Positions 29,401-38,271 of a stretch of 64,000 nucleotides of DNA are shown here, in pieces. The first letter of the stretch is position 1, and each line of letters begins with the position of its first letter. The notes beneath the pieces were generated by a model, which worked only from the letters and a program-made list of their open reading frames with translations, did not search any database and had not been told where the DNA came from. This DNA is from Chlorobiota bacterium (GTDB taxonomy: Bacteria; Bacteroidota; Bacteroidia; Bacteroidales; JAADJA01), in NCBI GenBank assembly GCA_013151015.1, contig JAADJA010000044.1, forward strand, positions 1,417-65,416, written 5' to 3'. A program made the position numbers and the translations under genes.

Positions 29401-29992
29401 CACGGATAAAACAATTTTAATATATCCTATCCCCTACTCTGATTTTAATATGACACCGAACTATGGGGGCTCGCAGGGAAAGGTGATGTTTGAGAACGGC
29501 TCTATCTACGCAGAAAATTATTTATGGGATTTTGGCAATGGGCAGACTTCGAGTGTTGAAAACCCAATTGAAGTTTACGAAGACGATAGCACATACCTTA
29601 TCACGCTCATTTCTTACAACGAATACGGATGTTCCGATACCAGCCGAATGGAGTATTATTTGTTTTTCAAAGGATTGTATTTCCCAACGGCCTTTTCGCC
29701 CAACAACACAAACCAAGAGGTAAGCCTTTTTACGCCCAAAGGGGTGAACCTGGCAAAATACCATGTCCAGGTATTTGATATGCGCGGGAACCAGGTTTGG
29801 GAATCCGAAGCCATTGACGATGCCGGCAGGCCCACCGAAAGCTGGGACGGCTACTACGAAGGGCGGTTGATGCCCCAAGGGCTATACTTATGGCGAGCCA
29901 CCGCTACTTTTATCGATGGGACGGTATGGCAAGGGACAACGCTTCAAAACGAAGAGCCCCAGTTACAGGGGACGGTTACGCTTATCAGGTAA
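26402..29992 (+). CDS. Multi-PKD-domain surface protein with a T9SS type B (gliding-motility-associated) C-terminal domain
   Basis: Thirteen repeats are marked by W-x-W-D-F-G-D-G-like motifs. The C-terminus reads FPTAFSPNN...VFDMRGNQVWES...WDGYYEG...GLYLWRA. I prefer the start at 26402 (MSKYLKN...). Confidence 0.85.
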   Translation: MSKYLKNTIKNPVLFIIALAVSMIWGQAANAQVTADFTYDQSCLDFQFTDASTATIGTINDWSWDFGDGNSSTLQSPMHTYAGDGTYPVTLTVTTDNFDSDTYTQDVYITTPVAVFTYSQFCDSLEFIDASTPIGEITAWSWDFGDGASSTIQNATHTYSAPGDYLVSLTVTHNTGCISIAETQTISIAPTAMFSFNQNCDFFTFNDESTPLGDITDWSWDFGDGGSSIDQNPTYTYLIPGEYTVSLVVTNSSGCTDSTAQQVSIVPTAAFSYAQVCNVFNFTDESTPSGEITVYDWDFGDGIGFSNLQNPTYDYPNTGVYTVTLTVTHTSGCLDSTSQDVLISKPDADFTFVQFCDSLEFTDASSSSAGIEFWNWEFGDGNTSTDQNPTHTYTVPGDYTISLSITDSLGCSHSKQEFINTYPTEVGFEYDLGCLNRVSTFIDTSTTNIISGSWNIDGITFPYQPSIQYTFTTSGIHTVILSVTNDINCSDTHQEDIEIFVPPIAAFSVQLFCASDTTVFLNETDTQNVEVQSWLWDFNDPSSPDPTSGLYEPNHSFTNPGPYDVKLIVENIYGCVDSIIQTIFIDSLPEPAYTYVEYASEGQLATFIDESQAHGSFIINKYWDWGDGSAPGINVNPVTHIYDPGGAYQLCLGVTDLNGCTDTICQEIVIAKKPLADFTYTAGGITAYFVDATTIDTLTGAKEWLWTFGDDLGTSIVANPSFIFPAQGFYDVNIMVTDSLDAVHDTTKNIYVGNALIADYITDEDICYGDTSVIFDNSYSPVGDTILSWHWNFGDGHDTTYYEKASVLKHFYEIGEYPLQLIITAIHNGSDAIDSINRNIFVHPNPIAFFDSVGVCKGDIAYFYDLSDSFGDTLSSWLWDLGDGTIKTEQNPVHNYQKDSTYRVSLVVTTEYGCTDTMYQNAHVTYAPEVTFTVENACIDSPAKFVPLYSSGTYVTEWLWDFGDPNNDTTSTEESPTHVYTYFTLYDVSVTASSFGCPKTTDKTILIYPIPYSDFNMTPNYGGSQGKVMFENGSIYAENYLWDFGNGQTSSVENPIEVYEDDSTYLITLISYNEYGCSDTSRMEYYLFFKGLYFPTAFSPNNTNQEVSLFTPKGVNLAKYHVQVFDMRGNQVWESEAIDDAGRPTESWDGYYEGRLMPQGLYLWRATATFIDGTVWQGTTLQNEEPQLQGTVTLIR

Positions 29993-30055
29993 TCCCAACC
30001 TGAATAAATCAGAAATAAAATACTAAATACTCGAAACAAATAAAAAAAGAGGGTA

Positions 30056-31024
30056 TCAATTTGAGATCAGCCCAACAGCGATCCTTTCCCCCATTTTCAC
30101 TTCCGTTTCCAAATGGTTTTGGGTATTTTCCAAAAGGTCTTCGTCGATATGGACTTTCCCATTTTCGAAAAGCAGGACAACCGTGGAACCACCGAATTTA
30201 AAATATCCCTTCTCCTCCCCTTTTATTGCCTGTGTTCCATTATATGTCTGCACGATGCTGCCGACCATGGTGGCCCCCACTTCGGCCATGACCACATCAC
30301 CAAACCGCTTTGTTGAAACCAGGACATACTCCCGCTTGTTTTCACAAAATATCTCAATTCTTTTCCGCAAAGCAATTGGGTTGACCGAATAATAATCCCC
30401 ATCAATAATGGTAGGAAATGAGACATTGCCGTCAACGGGAAAATGGAACCGGTGGTAATCCACGGGGCAAAGCCTTAAAACCACAAGGCCCCCGTGCAAA
30501 TATTTTTGTGCCAAAATACTGTCGGCAAGAAACCGGGGCACATTGAACTTTGAGCCTTTCACGATAAAATCCTCCTTGCCCACATCGGCATAAGCCATGA
30601 TTTTCCCATCCCCGGGAGAGACCAAAACGTTTGGGTCCATGTTGACAGGCCTTGCCCCGCGCTTCAGCTTTCTCGTAAAAAAATCATTGAAGGAAGCAAA
30701 TTCGGTTTTTTGGGCAATGCCCAGGTCAATTCCATACTCCTCAACAAATCCCGGGATTTTTTCCGCCGACCTTTCCTCGTCCATCATCCCGCCATACCAG
30801 GAAGAAATGAACTTGCGCTTCACCATTGCCCATAGGCTGATTTCGCCAACAGGGTTGTTGTACAGCCAGACCAGCCACTTTTCACCGGCCACTTTCTCGG
30901 TTTTTAATTCCCCACTCGAACGTTCAATATATTGGATCGGGGTATTTTCACCTGATGGGTAAAGGGCCAACCCGATAAATATCACAACAAGTGAAATTAT
31001 TATGTGGCGTTTTTTGATTTTCAC
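30056..31024 (-). CDS. psd: Phosphatidylserine decarboxylase proenzyme
   Basis: An N-terminal TM segment is present. FHFPVDG and the self-cleavage motif FKFGGSTVV (G-S-T) are present. Confidence 0.85.
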   Translation of the reverse strand: MKIKKRHIIISLVVIFIGLALYPSGENTPIQYIERSSGELKTEKVAGEKWLVWLYNNPVGEISLWAMVKRKFISSWYGGMMDEERSAEKIPGFVEEYGIDLGIAQKTEFASFNDFFTRKLKRGARPVNMDPNVLVSPGDGKIMAYADVGKEDFIVKGSKFNVPRFLADSILAQKYLHGGLVVLRLCPVDYHRFHFPVDGNVSFPTIIDGDYYSVNPIALRKRIEIFCENKREYVLVSTKRFGDVVMAEVGATMVGSIVQTYNGTQAIKGEEKGYFKFGGSTVVLLFENGKVHIDEDLLENTQNHLETEVKMGERIAVGLISN

Positions 31025-31266
31025 AATGTAAAATTAACAATAATAATATCCTTTTGAACAATAGAGGGGATTTTATTGTATCATTCAAAATGCTTTTCAA
31101 GAAATGAAACGTCCATGATTGGCATTAAACGCACACCTGAATGCAGCAGCACTACGATGGGCAGGCCCGGGGGAATGATTATAATAAAGCCGATAATGCG
31201 CTAATTGTTATTGGCGCATTAGTGGCGATATTCATGCGAAACGAGCTATTGGGAAAATCAAAACCG

Positions 31267-31821
31267 ATGAAAACATACATAGCAGTCCTTAGGGGAATAA
31301 ATGTGAGCGGCCAAAAGATTATCAAAATGGCCGAGCTAAGGGAACACTTGCAGCAACTGGATATTGAAAACACCCAAACCTATATCCAAAGCGGCAATAT
31401 TATTTTCAATACTAAAATAGATAACCCCCGGTCGCTGGAAACAAATATCAAAAATCTCATCTTTGAAAAGTGGGGGTTTGACGTCCCTGTGATTGTCCGG
31501 GAATTAGATGATCTTCGGAAAATCAAAACAGATAACCCATTCAATAAAAACCAGGACATTGACCCTGCAAGACTATCCGTTGTTTTTTTGTCGAACGAAC
31601 CGGATATGGAACTCATTATGGGATTATCGGCATTCAGGGATCCTATTGATACATTTGAAATCAAAGGGAGGGAAATCTATTTACATTGCCCCAACGGGTT
31701 TGGGCGCAGCAAACTCACCACGAACTTTTTTGAAAGAAAACTGAAAGTAATCTGTACTGCCCGAAACCTAAAAACCCTGAATAGACTGATAGAAATTGGG
31801 GAGAAGGTCAAGGGAAATTAG
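31267..31821 (+). CDS. DUF1697-family protein
   Basis: MKTYIAVLRGINVSGQKIIKMAELRE is the hallmark N-terminus. The 42-codon upstream extension in the ORF track looks non-coding. Confidence 0.7.
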   Translation: MKTYIAVLRGINVSGQKIIKMAELREHLQQLDIENTQTYIQSGNIIFNTKIDNPRSLETNIKNLIFEKWGFDVPVIVRELDDLRKIKTDNPFNKNQDIDPARLSVVFLSNEPDMELIMGLSAFRDPIDTFEIKGREIYLHCPNGFGRSKLTTNFFERKLKVICTARNLKTLNRLIEIGEKVKGN

Positions 31822-31863
31822 TTGATGATGGTTGGTATCTGGTTGATGGTCGCTGGCCGCTGG

Positions 31864-32895
31864 TCAAAACTTCAAGCCAAAACTCGCATAAACAAAAGGG
31901 AGCGATTCGACGGAATAATATCGGAAATTGATAGATGTGGTAAAGGTTTTCACCGGTTCATATTGAAACCCCACAATGTAATAATCAACATACTTGTTCT
32001 CAGTGGCCAAAACCCTGTAGAGATGATCGAAACGCCCAAGGAACACAATTTTCCCGTTGAGCGTCCACGAACCATAAACCGAAATCCCATGGTATTCATC
32101 CCCATGTTTAAAAGCATAATTGCTTATGTAATTGTATTCGGCGCCCAACCTGTACTTTTCGATTTTATAACCCGCAAAGGCCGATATGGTTACCTTGTCC
32201 GAAACGTCAAGCCCTGTATCGGAAGCCGGCTCATAAGCGGTATAAAGTTTCAGTGTGATTTTTTCAATGGGGTTGAACTGGATATTATTGGAGAACAAAA
32301 ATTTGCTGTTCATGTCCTGGTAGCGAAAGGGGCCTTCGCCGTTCACAACCGAAAACTGGTTCAGGAATTTCTTACCATATCGAAAATCGAGCTGTGCACC
32401 AAAATCGGCCGGCATCCCCATCCGAAATTTCTCCTGCATGGTGACATCCACATAGCGGAAGCCCCAAAACCTATCCTGGAAAGTAAGATATTGGGTGCTC
32501 AGCAATTGCCCGACCCGAAAAGTAAAAAAGTCATTGACCCTCCATTTGATTTCGGCCATTTTCAAATAAGAAGTGTATTTGCTCCCCTCGAAATAAAAAA
32601 AATCGGGCTTGTTCCCGGCCGAGTCTGCCTCCCCATAAAAATGAGTCGTCCGTGTAACATCGTACATAATGATCCCGCTCAATTCATCGGAGAAAGTGTG
32701 TTTGTAGCCAATGATCCCCTGGTTGAACCGAAATGATGCCCGGGGCTTGAAAGTGTCTTTCATGCCATATTGGAAGTCGGTGAAGATTTGGGCAAAAATA
32801 TAGGATTTTTCATCTTTTTCAACTTTCAACGAAGAACTTTGGGAGAAAGCAAAAAACGGCAACACTGCCAACAAAAAACTTATTCGTCGTGTCAT
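31864..32895 (-). CDS. Outer-membrane porin-like beta-barrel
   Basis: The signal peptide is MTRRISFLLAVLPFFAFSQ. The beta-strand periodicity is aromatic-rich and the C-terminus ...ASFGLKF ends in Phe. Confidence 0.6.
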   Translation of the reverse strand: MTRRISFLLAVLPFFAFSQSSSLKVEKDEKSYIFAQIFTDFQYGMKDTFKPRASFRFNQGIIGYKHTFSDELSGIIMYDVTRTTHFYGEADSAGNKPDFFYFEGSKYTSYLKMAEIKWRVNDFFTFRVGQLLSTQYLTFQDRFWGFRYVDVTMQEKFRMGMPADFGAQLDFRYGKKFLNQFSVVNGEGPFRYQDMNSKFLFSNNIQFNPIEKITLKLYTAYEPASDTGLDVSDKVTISAFAGYKIEKYRLGAEYNYISNYAFKHGDEYHGISVYGSWTLNGKIVFLGRFDHLYRVLATENKYVDYYIVGFQYEPVKTFTTSINFRYYSVESLPFVYASFGLKF

Positions 32896-33065
32896 TCATC
32901 TTTTTTTAAGGGTCGGGGCAAAATTATGTTTTTAACCGAAATATTTTAAAAAACACAGGAAAATCTTTCAAAATAACTATCTTTGAAAACAAAACTTTTA
33001 ACATTTAACATTGGATAAAAATCAACTGAAACATCATAATAAAAAAAACCCTAAATAAATACAAG

Positions 33066-34382
33066 ATGGAAAATACACCTATAAATTACGAAACAGTAAA
33101 GAGCAAAATAGAAGAGAGTGGATTGAAAAGCGTTGGCAAAGCGAGCATCCGTGAGATAAAAAAACTCATTGACGCCATCGAAAAAGCAACCGGCGAAAAA
33201 TTCATCCGTATGGAAATGGGCATTCCCGGACTTCCGCCAACACAAATAGGAGTGGAAGCCGAAATAGAGGCCCTACAACGTGGGGTTGCAGCCATTTATC
33301 CCGACATTTTTGGGGTTGCCCCTTTGAAAGAGGAAATCTCCCGTTTTATTAAACTCTTCCTCGGTATTGATGTGAGCCCCGAAGGTTGCATCCCCACCGT
33401 GGGTTCGATGCAAGGTGGTTTTGCCGCTTTTATGACCATCAACCGTATGCACAAAGACAGGGAAGGGACACTCTTCCTAGACCCCGGATTTCCGGTGCAC
33501 AAACAACAATTAAAAGTACTTGGGCAGGAATATATGTCGTTTGACGTATATGATTACCGGGGCGAAAAATTGCGGGACAAATTGGAGTCGTTCCTTAAAA
33601 CCGGAAAGGTTTCATCCATATTATATTCCAATCCCAACAACCCTTCATGGATTTGTTTTACCGAAACCGAATTGAAGATCATTGGGGAACTGGCCACCAA
33701 ATACGATGTGATCGTACTTGAAGACCTGGCCTATTTTGGAATGGATTTCAGGAACGATGTTTCCATACCCGGCGAGCCACCATACCAGCCATCGGTCGCA
33801 AAATATACCGACAACTGGATATTGTTCATTTCCAGTTCCAAGGTCTTCAGCTATGCCGGCCAGCGAATCGGGATGATGGTGCTTTCCAACAAATTGTTCA
33901 ATACCCACGCCCCTGACCTCCTGCGTTATTACAACACCGACAATGTGGGCTACACCATGATTTTCGGTGCGCTATACCCATTGAGTTCCGGCACATCGCA
34001 TTCGGCACAATACGCACTCCTTGCCATGCTGAAAGCAGTAAACGACCGCACGATAAGCCTCACGGCGCCCGTGAAGGAATATGGCGAAAAAGCGGCCATT
34101 ATGAAAAAGATGTTCACCGGAAATGGATTCGACATTGTTTACGACAAGGACGAAGACAACCCCATTGCAGATGGTTTCTATTTCACGTTTTCCTATCCCG
34201 GTTTTTCCGGTGTCGATCTTTTGAACGAATTGATCTATTACGGTATCAGTGCCATTTCGCTTGCCATTACCGGAAGCGAGAGGCTCGAAGGCATTAGGGC
34301 TTGCGTTTCCCTTGTGAAACGGGAACAGTTCCCCGATCTGGAATACAGGTTGAAGAAATTCCATGAGGACCATCCGGTTTAA
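33066..34382 (+). CDS. PLP-dependent aminotransferase (class I/II fold)
   Basis: NPNNPS, VLEDLAYF and SSSKVFSYAGQRIG (the PLP lysine) are present. Confidence 0.85.
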   Translation: MENTPINYETVKSKIEESGLKSVGKASIREIKKLIDAIEKATGEKFIRMEMGIPGLPPTQIGVEAEIEALQRGVAAIYPDIFGVAPLKEEISRFIKLFLGIDVSPEGCIPTVGSMQGGFAAFMTINRMHKDREGTLFLDPGFPVHKQQLKVLGQEYMSFDVYDYRGEKLRDKLESFLKTGKVSSILYSNPNNPSWICFTETELKIIGELATKYDVIVLEDLAYFGMDFRNDVSIPGEPPYQPSVAKYTDNWILFISSSKVFSYAGQRIGMMVLSNKLFNTHAPDLLRYYNTDNVGYTMIFGALYPLSSGTSHSAQYALLAMLKAVNDRTISLTAPVKEYGEKAAIMKKMFTGNGFDIVYDKDEDNPIADGFYFTFSYPGFSGVDLLNELIYYGISAISLAITGSERLEGIRACVSLVKREQFPDLEYRLKKFHEDHPV

Positions 34383-34426
34383 TTAGCCAATTGGAAGTCA
34401 TTTTATTCACAATAAAGCAAATTTAA

Positions 34427-34729
34427 ATGATTGCAAGGATTTGGTATGGAACAACCAGGTTGGAAGGTTATGAGGAATACACAGGATTTATGAAATCCAG
34501 GGCAATTCCAGATTACAAAAAGACCAAGGGTTTCATCAAATTGATTTTCTTGAGGAACACTAAAGACAACATCGGGCATTTTACACTGATTACTTTTTGG
34601 GAGAACATCCAGGCAATTGAGAATTTTGCAGGTGAGGATTTTGAAAAAGCCAAATACTATCGGGAAGACGAAAAGTATTTACTTGAATTTGAAGAAAAAG
34701 TAACCCACTATGAAGTCTTTGCAGAATAA
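34427..34729 (+). CDS. Small ABM-like (dimeric alpha/beta barrel) protein
   Basis: 100 aa. The pattern IARIWYG...FTLITFWENIQAIENFAG resembles an antibiotic-biosynthesis-monooxygenase-type fold. The assignment is tentative. Confidence 0.45.
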   Translation: MIARIWYGTTRLEGYEEYTGFMKSRAIPDYKKTKGFIKLIFLRNTKDNIGHFTLITFWENIQAIENFAGEDFEKAKYYREDEKYLLEFEEKVTHYEVFAE

Positions 34730-34749
34730 ATACCAATAAATTGACAACA

Positions 34750-36405
34750 ATGAAAAAAACTTTCCCCTTAATACTCGCCTTGCTGTTATCCGTAAATATA
34801 TCGGCAAAACAAGTAAGCAAACAAGATGCAAAACAACTGGCCCGGAATTTCTTTTGGGAAAAATCGGGAAGGGCTTTCAATGAAATAGTTTTTGAAAAAG
34901 AAACCGTTCAATTCAAAGATGCCATTCCTGTTTATTATGTCTTCGGCCTCAACAAAGGTTTTATCATTATTTCTGCCGATGATGCTGTTTTCCCGGTTTT
35001 GGGCTATTCGTTTAATGGGGATTTCCAAACGGAAGACTTACCTGACAACATAAAACTTTGGATGGGGAGTTACGCAGATCAAATAGATTATGCAATCCAG
35101 AACGGGAACAAGGCAAAAAAATCCGTGGCGGGGGTTTGGGCAAAATACCTTTCGAAAAGTTTTTCCCCCGAAAAAGAAATCAAAGAGGTAAGGCCTTTGC
35201 TTTATACCAATTGGAGCCAGGGCTGCTATTACAATTCGGAATTCCCGGAAACTGAAAACGAAAACCTTTGCTATCACGCCTACACCGGCTGTGTGGCCAC
35301 GGCCATGGCCGAGATCATGAAGTTCCACAACTATCCCAAAAGCGGTACGGGTTCACATGGTTACGAATCTTCCTATGGCTGGCTGGAAGTTGATTTTGAA
35401 AACACCTTTTACGATTGGGCCAACATGAAATACAACCTACAGGACGAAAACCCTCCGGTTGCCGAGCTTATTTATCATTGTGCGGTCAGCATTAACACCC
35501 AATTTGTTCCCGGAGGTTCGGGCGCATACGACATTGATGTGCGTGATGCCCTCGTGGATTATTTCGGTTACGAAGAAGGGGCACAGTTTATTTGGCGTGA
35601 TTCTTATTTTGGCGATTGGGGAGGAATGTTGCGGGATGAACTAAACAATGGGAGACCCGTGCTTTACGGTGCCGTTGCCCAGGTCAAGGACTATTTCGGG
35701 CATACACTGGTTTGTGACGGCTATCAGGACTCAACGTTTTTCCATTTCAACTGGGGATGGGACGGCGCTTACAATGGATATTATTACTTGGATTCTTTAA
35801 CGGCCAATAGCTACGAATTCAACCTTTTCCATGATGTCATTATCGGGATCTGGCCCGATATTGGGGATTCATACATCATTCAGGCCCCGGAAAATATCAG
35901 CGCATCCATCGAATTGAATACGGTGGAATTGCTTTGGGACGAAGCCACTGAAGGGACACTTGAAAAGCTGGGCTATAATGTTTTCAGGGATGGACAAATC
36001 GTGAACGAAGCAATTGTCACGGATACTTTTTATGTGGATATGGATGTACCTTCGGGAGAGCACAACTACAAAATCAGTACGGTTTATATTGGCGATGAAG
36101 CTTTATCGGAAAATTCAGTTTTCGTACAGGGTGTGGGGATAGCTGAACAAGGATCGAGGGAATTTCCATTTGTGGTTTCACCAAATCCCGCCACGGATTA
36201 TCTTGTAATTTCAGGCAAATCAGGAACCGATAAAATTTCCGCTGTAAAACTTCTTGATTTATCGGGAAAGGAAATAAAACAATGGGACATTGGATTTCAA
36301 CCTGCTCCCATCCAACTGAAGCTACCGGAAGTAGAAGGTATGTTTTTACTGCAAATAATTAATGGCAGGGAATCTTATTCCTCAAAATTGATAATTGGGA
36401 AGTAA
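34750..36405 (+). CDS. C10-family cysteine peptidase (streptopain-like) with a T9SS type A C-terminal sorting domain
   Basis: An inhibitor-like propeptide is followed by the catalytic Cys context YTGCVATAMAEIMKFH. The C-terminus VSPNPATDYLVISGK...SKLIIGK fits a type A sorting domain. The start at 34750 gives MKKTFPLILALLL. Confidence 0.85.
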   Translation: MKKTFPLILALLLSVNISAKQVSKQDAKQLARNFFWEKSGRAFNEIVFEKETVQFKDAIPVYYVFGLNKGFIIISADDAVFPVLGYSFNGDFQTEDLPDNIKLWMGSYADQIDYAIQNGNKAKKSVAGVWAKYLSKSFSPEKEIKEVRPLLYTNWSQGCYYNSEFPETENENLCYHAYTGCVATAMAEIMKFHNYPKSGTGSHGYESSYGWLEVDFENTFYDWANMKYNLQDENPPVAELIYHCAVSINTQFVPGGSGAYDIDVRDALVDYFGYEEGAQFIWRDSYFGDWGGMLRDELNNGRPVLYGAVAQVKDYFGHTLVCDGYQDSTFFHFNWGWDGAYNGYYYLDSLTANSYEFNLFHDVIIGIWPDIGDSYIIQAPENISASIELNTVELLWDEATEGTLEKLGYNVFRDGQIVNEAIVTDTFYVDMDVPSGEHNYKISTVYIGDEALSENSVFVQGVGIAEQGSREFPFVVSPNPATDYLVISGKSGTDKISAVKLLDLSGKEIKQWDIGFQPAPIQLKLPEVEGMFLLQIINGRESYSSKLIIGK

Positions 36406-36436
36406 ACCCATCTCAACGCAAAGGGTTTAAGAAATC

Positions 36437-36622
36437 CTAATTATAGATGAATTTGCTCTTGATATCGTCCCATTTGATATACTGTGCATCCCTGTTCCTT
36501 GCAATAAAATCAAGGTACTTTTCTGCCCTCTCGGGGTTTGTCTCCAACAATTTTTCGTAAACCTTTTTCTTCCCTTTGTGCTTTTTGATGATTGTAAGTG
36601 CTTTTTGTTCTTTATTGCTCAT
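36437..36622 (-). CDS. Small Lys-rich hypothetical protein (61 aa)
   Basis: This is an ORF only. It has no recognisable motif, though the composition is plausible. Confidence 0.3.
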   Translation of the reverse strand: MSNKEQKALTIIKKHKGKKKVYEKLLETNPERAEKYLDFIARNRDAQYIKWDDIKSKFIYN

Positions 36623-36845
36623 AACTCAATTTTTTTTATGTTTTTAAGACAGCAAGAATTGAAATAGGTTGTCTTAAAAATACTGTTTTTTTACTTGAAA
36701 TAAGCTTTCTATTTCTAAAAAATCCGTAAGGATTTTAATTAGTGTCAATTAGGTAAACGGATTAGTTGCAAAAATATTCACTTGTTACTTCGATATAAAA
36801 TCCGTGCTAATTAGTGGTTCTTTTTTATTTGTTTGCGGATTTACG

Positions 36846-37847
36846 TTATTCTTCAAAATATTCAAAGGCATCAATGATATCCAGGTAAACACCATCAAAA
36901 CCGCTGTCGATTATTTTCTTCAAATAGCTATCGTTGTTCCCAAAGATTATCTGCTGCCATTCGGGTTCCCAATATTTCACTTTGAAGTTCCCCGCCCAAT
37001 CAGGGTTTTCTCCAGCCAGCCATGCTGGTGGATTTGATGACCATTCAGCACGCCAATAATATCTATAATCTTCTGCTTCGCCAATGCTCATGTAGGAAAT
37101 GAGCAATCGCCTTCCGCCATTTTCTTTTTGATGGAGTTGTTCAATTTCACCGGAAGTAAAAATTTCATCATTGAAAAAACAGTCCATTATCAACAGATCG
37201 TAATCCGTTGCCTTAACAGCATCAACGAATTCCTGTTTGGTGGCAAAACCGGAGGGATTTATTAAATACAAAAAATTGCTGACCTCGTCCAAAATTGAAA
37301 CAGAATCGCTGTTCAAGCCAGAGATTTGTGCCGGGAAATCAGGGATATTGTCCAACTCCCGGTGATCAGCGGCAAAAGATGTATATCCCAAATTACCATT
37401 CTGTGAATAGGAATCCGTCATTTTGTTTTCATCAGAACAATAATCAGTAACCAGAATCTTCACCCCATTTCCTTTTGCCTGATTAAGAAAGGATGAAATA
37501 TAATCCGTTGTTTCAGAAGGCGTAGCTTCATTGTCGTTCTCGTATCCATAAAACAAATCTTCCTGACCAATACCATCAATGGCATCAAGGTAATCCATTT
37601 GCGCATTGCCATTTGGTTCACCGTTTGCACTTACCAGCTCCACCCCATTTTGGGGAATCACATAAAAACCAGGCTTAATGGATTTCGACCAGGAACTGAT
37701 CCCTTGCACAAAACCACGCATTTTTTGTTTGTATTCCAAAGAAACCTCGGGTCTGGGTTCGTCTTCCCCTTCCGTATTTGAACAAGAGTATAACATAGGA
37801 AAACACAGGATGGCGGTAATAAAAAGCAATTGGATTTTTTTCATCAT
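36846..37847 (-). CDS. GH114-like putative endo-alpha-1,4-polygalactosaminidase lipoprotein
   Basis: MMKKIQLLFITAILCFPMLYSC is a lipobox signal. The C-terminal WEPEWQQII...GFDGVYLDIIDAFEYF is typical of the GH114/TM1410 family. Confidence 0.7.
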   Translation of the reverse strand: MMKKIQLLFITAILCFPMLYSCSNTEGEDEPRPEVSLEYKQKMRGFVQGISSWSKSIKPGFYVIPQNGVELVSANGEPNGNAQMDYLDAIDGIGQEDLFYGYENDNEATPSETTDYISSFLNQAKGNGVKILVTDYCSDENKMTDSYSQNGNLGYTSFAADHRELDNIPDFPAQISGLNSDSVSILDEVSNFLYLINPSGFATKQEFVDAVKATDYDLLIMDCFFNDEIFTSGEIEQLHQKENGGRRLLISYMSIGEAEDYRYYWRAEWSSNPPAWLAGENPDWAGNFKVKYWEPEWQQIIFGNNDSYLKKIIDSGFDGVYLDIIDAFEYFEE

Positions 37848-37859
37848 TATTATTTTATC

Positions 37860-38071
37860 GTAACTAATCAGTATAATTAATATTTGGAGTATCAGCAATT
37901 TATAATAAACCACAATGGACACAAAGAAATGCACAATGGACACAAAGCCTTAAAACTCATTATGATAGCCTTTGCGTTCTTAGTGGAAGCCCTTGAGCCC
38001 TTTGTGGTAATATTTATTATTCTATTAAATATCAAACTGTTAAACAATTTGATTTGATACTGATTAGTTAC
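37860..38071. mobile_element. 212-bp MITE with 15-bp perfect TIRs and an 8-bp target-site duplication
   Basis: The TIRs are GTAACTAATCAGTAT (37860-37874) and ATACTGATTAGTTAC (38057-38071). The direct repeat ATTTTATC occurs at 37852-37859 and 38072-38079. There is no ORF inside. The interior contains a tandem CACAATGGACACAAAG x2. Confidence 0.85.
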
Positions 38072-38099
38072 ATTTTATCAAGCACAAACGATAAAAACA

Positions 38100-38107
38100 C
38101 AAAATTA
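38100..38107 (-). promoter_or_regulatory. -7 box TAatTTTG, probable ancestral promoter of the GH114-like gene, now displaced by the MITE
   Basis: The plus strand reads CAAAATTA. If the MITE and one TSD copy are removed, the box lies about 32 nt from the ATG at 37847. Confidence 0.4.
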
Positions 38108-38271
38108 TTTTTTCAAGGAATCCATTATCCTTTATCTTTGTGGGCAAGGAGCATTTGGGGGAAGAATAGGCAATAAACAAACTGCAATAATTCACAAATA
38201 TTATTTCTGGCTTTCACCAAAAAGTTTTAACCTTTAACACATAACTTTTTAACTCATAACCTAATAACGCA

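Noticed and set aside
31822-32736. 304-aa plus-strand ORF
   Set aside because: It is antisense to a much better minus-strand gene (signal peptide, beta-barrel periodicity, C-terminal Phe). Its own sequence has no motifs and runs through the porin frame.
37860-38071. An invertible promoter (inverton) bounded by the 15-bp IRs upstream of a surface lipoprotein gene
   Set aside because: An 8-bp direct duplication (ATTTTATC) flanks the IRs. This is the signature of transposition, not of a recombinase-flipped segment. No TAnnTTTG box is present inside in either orientation. I reclassified it as a MITE.
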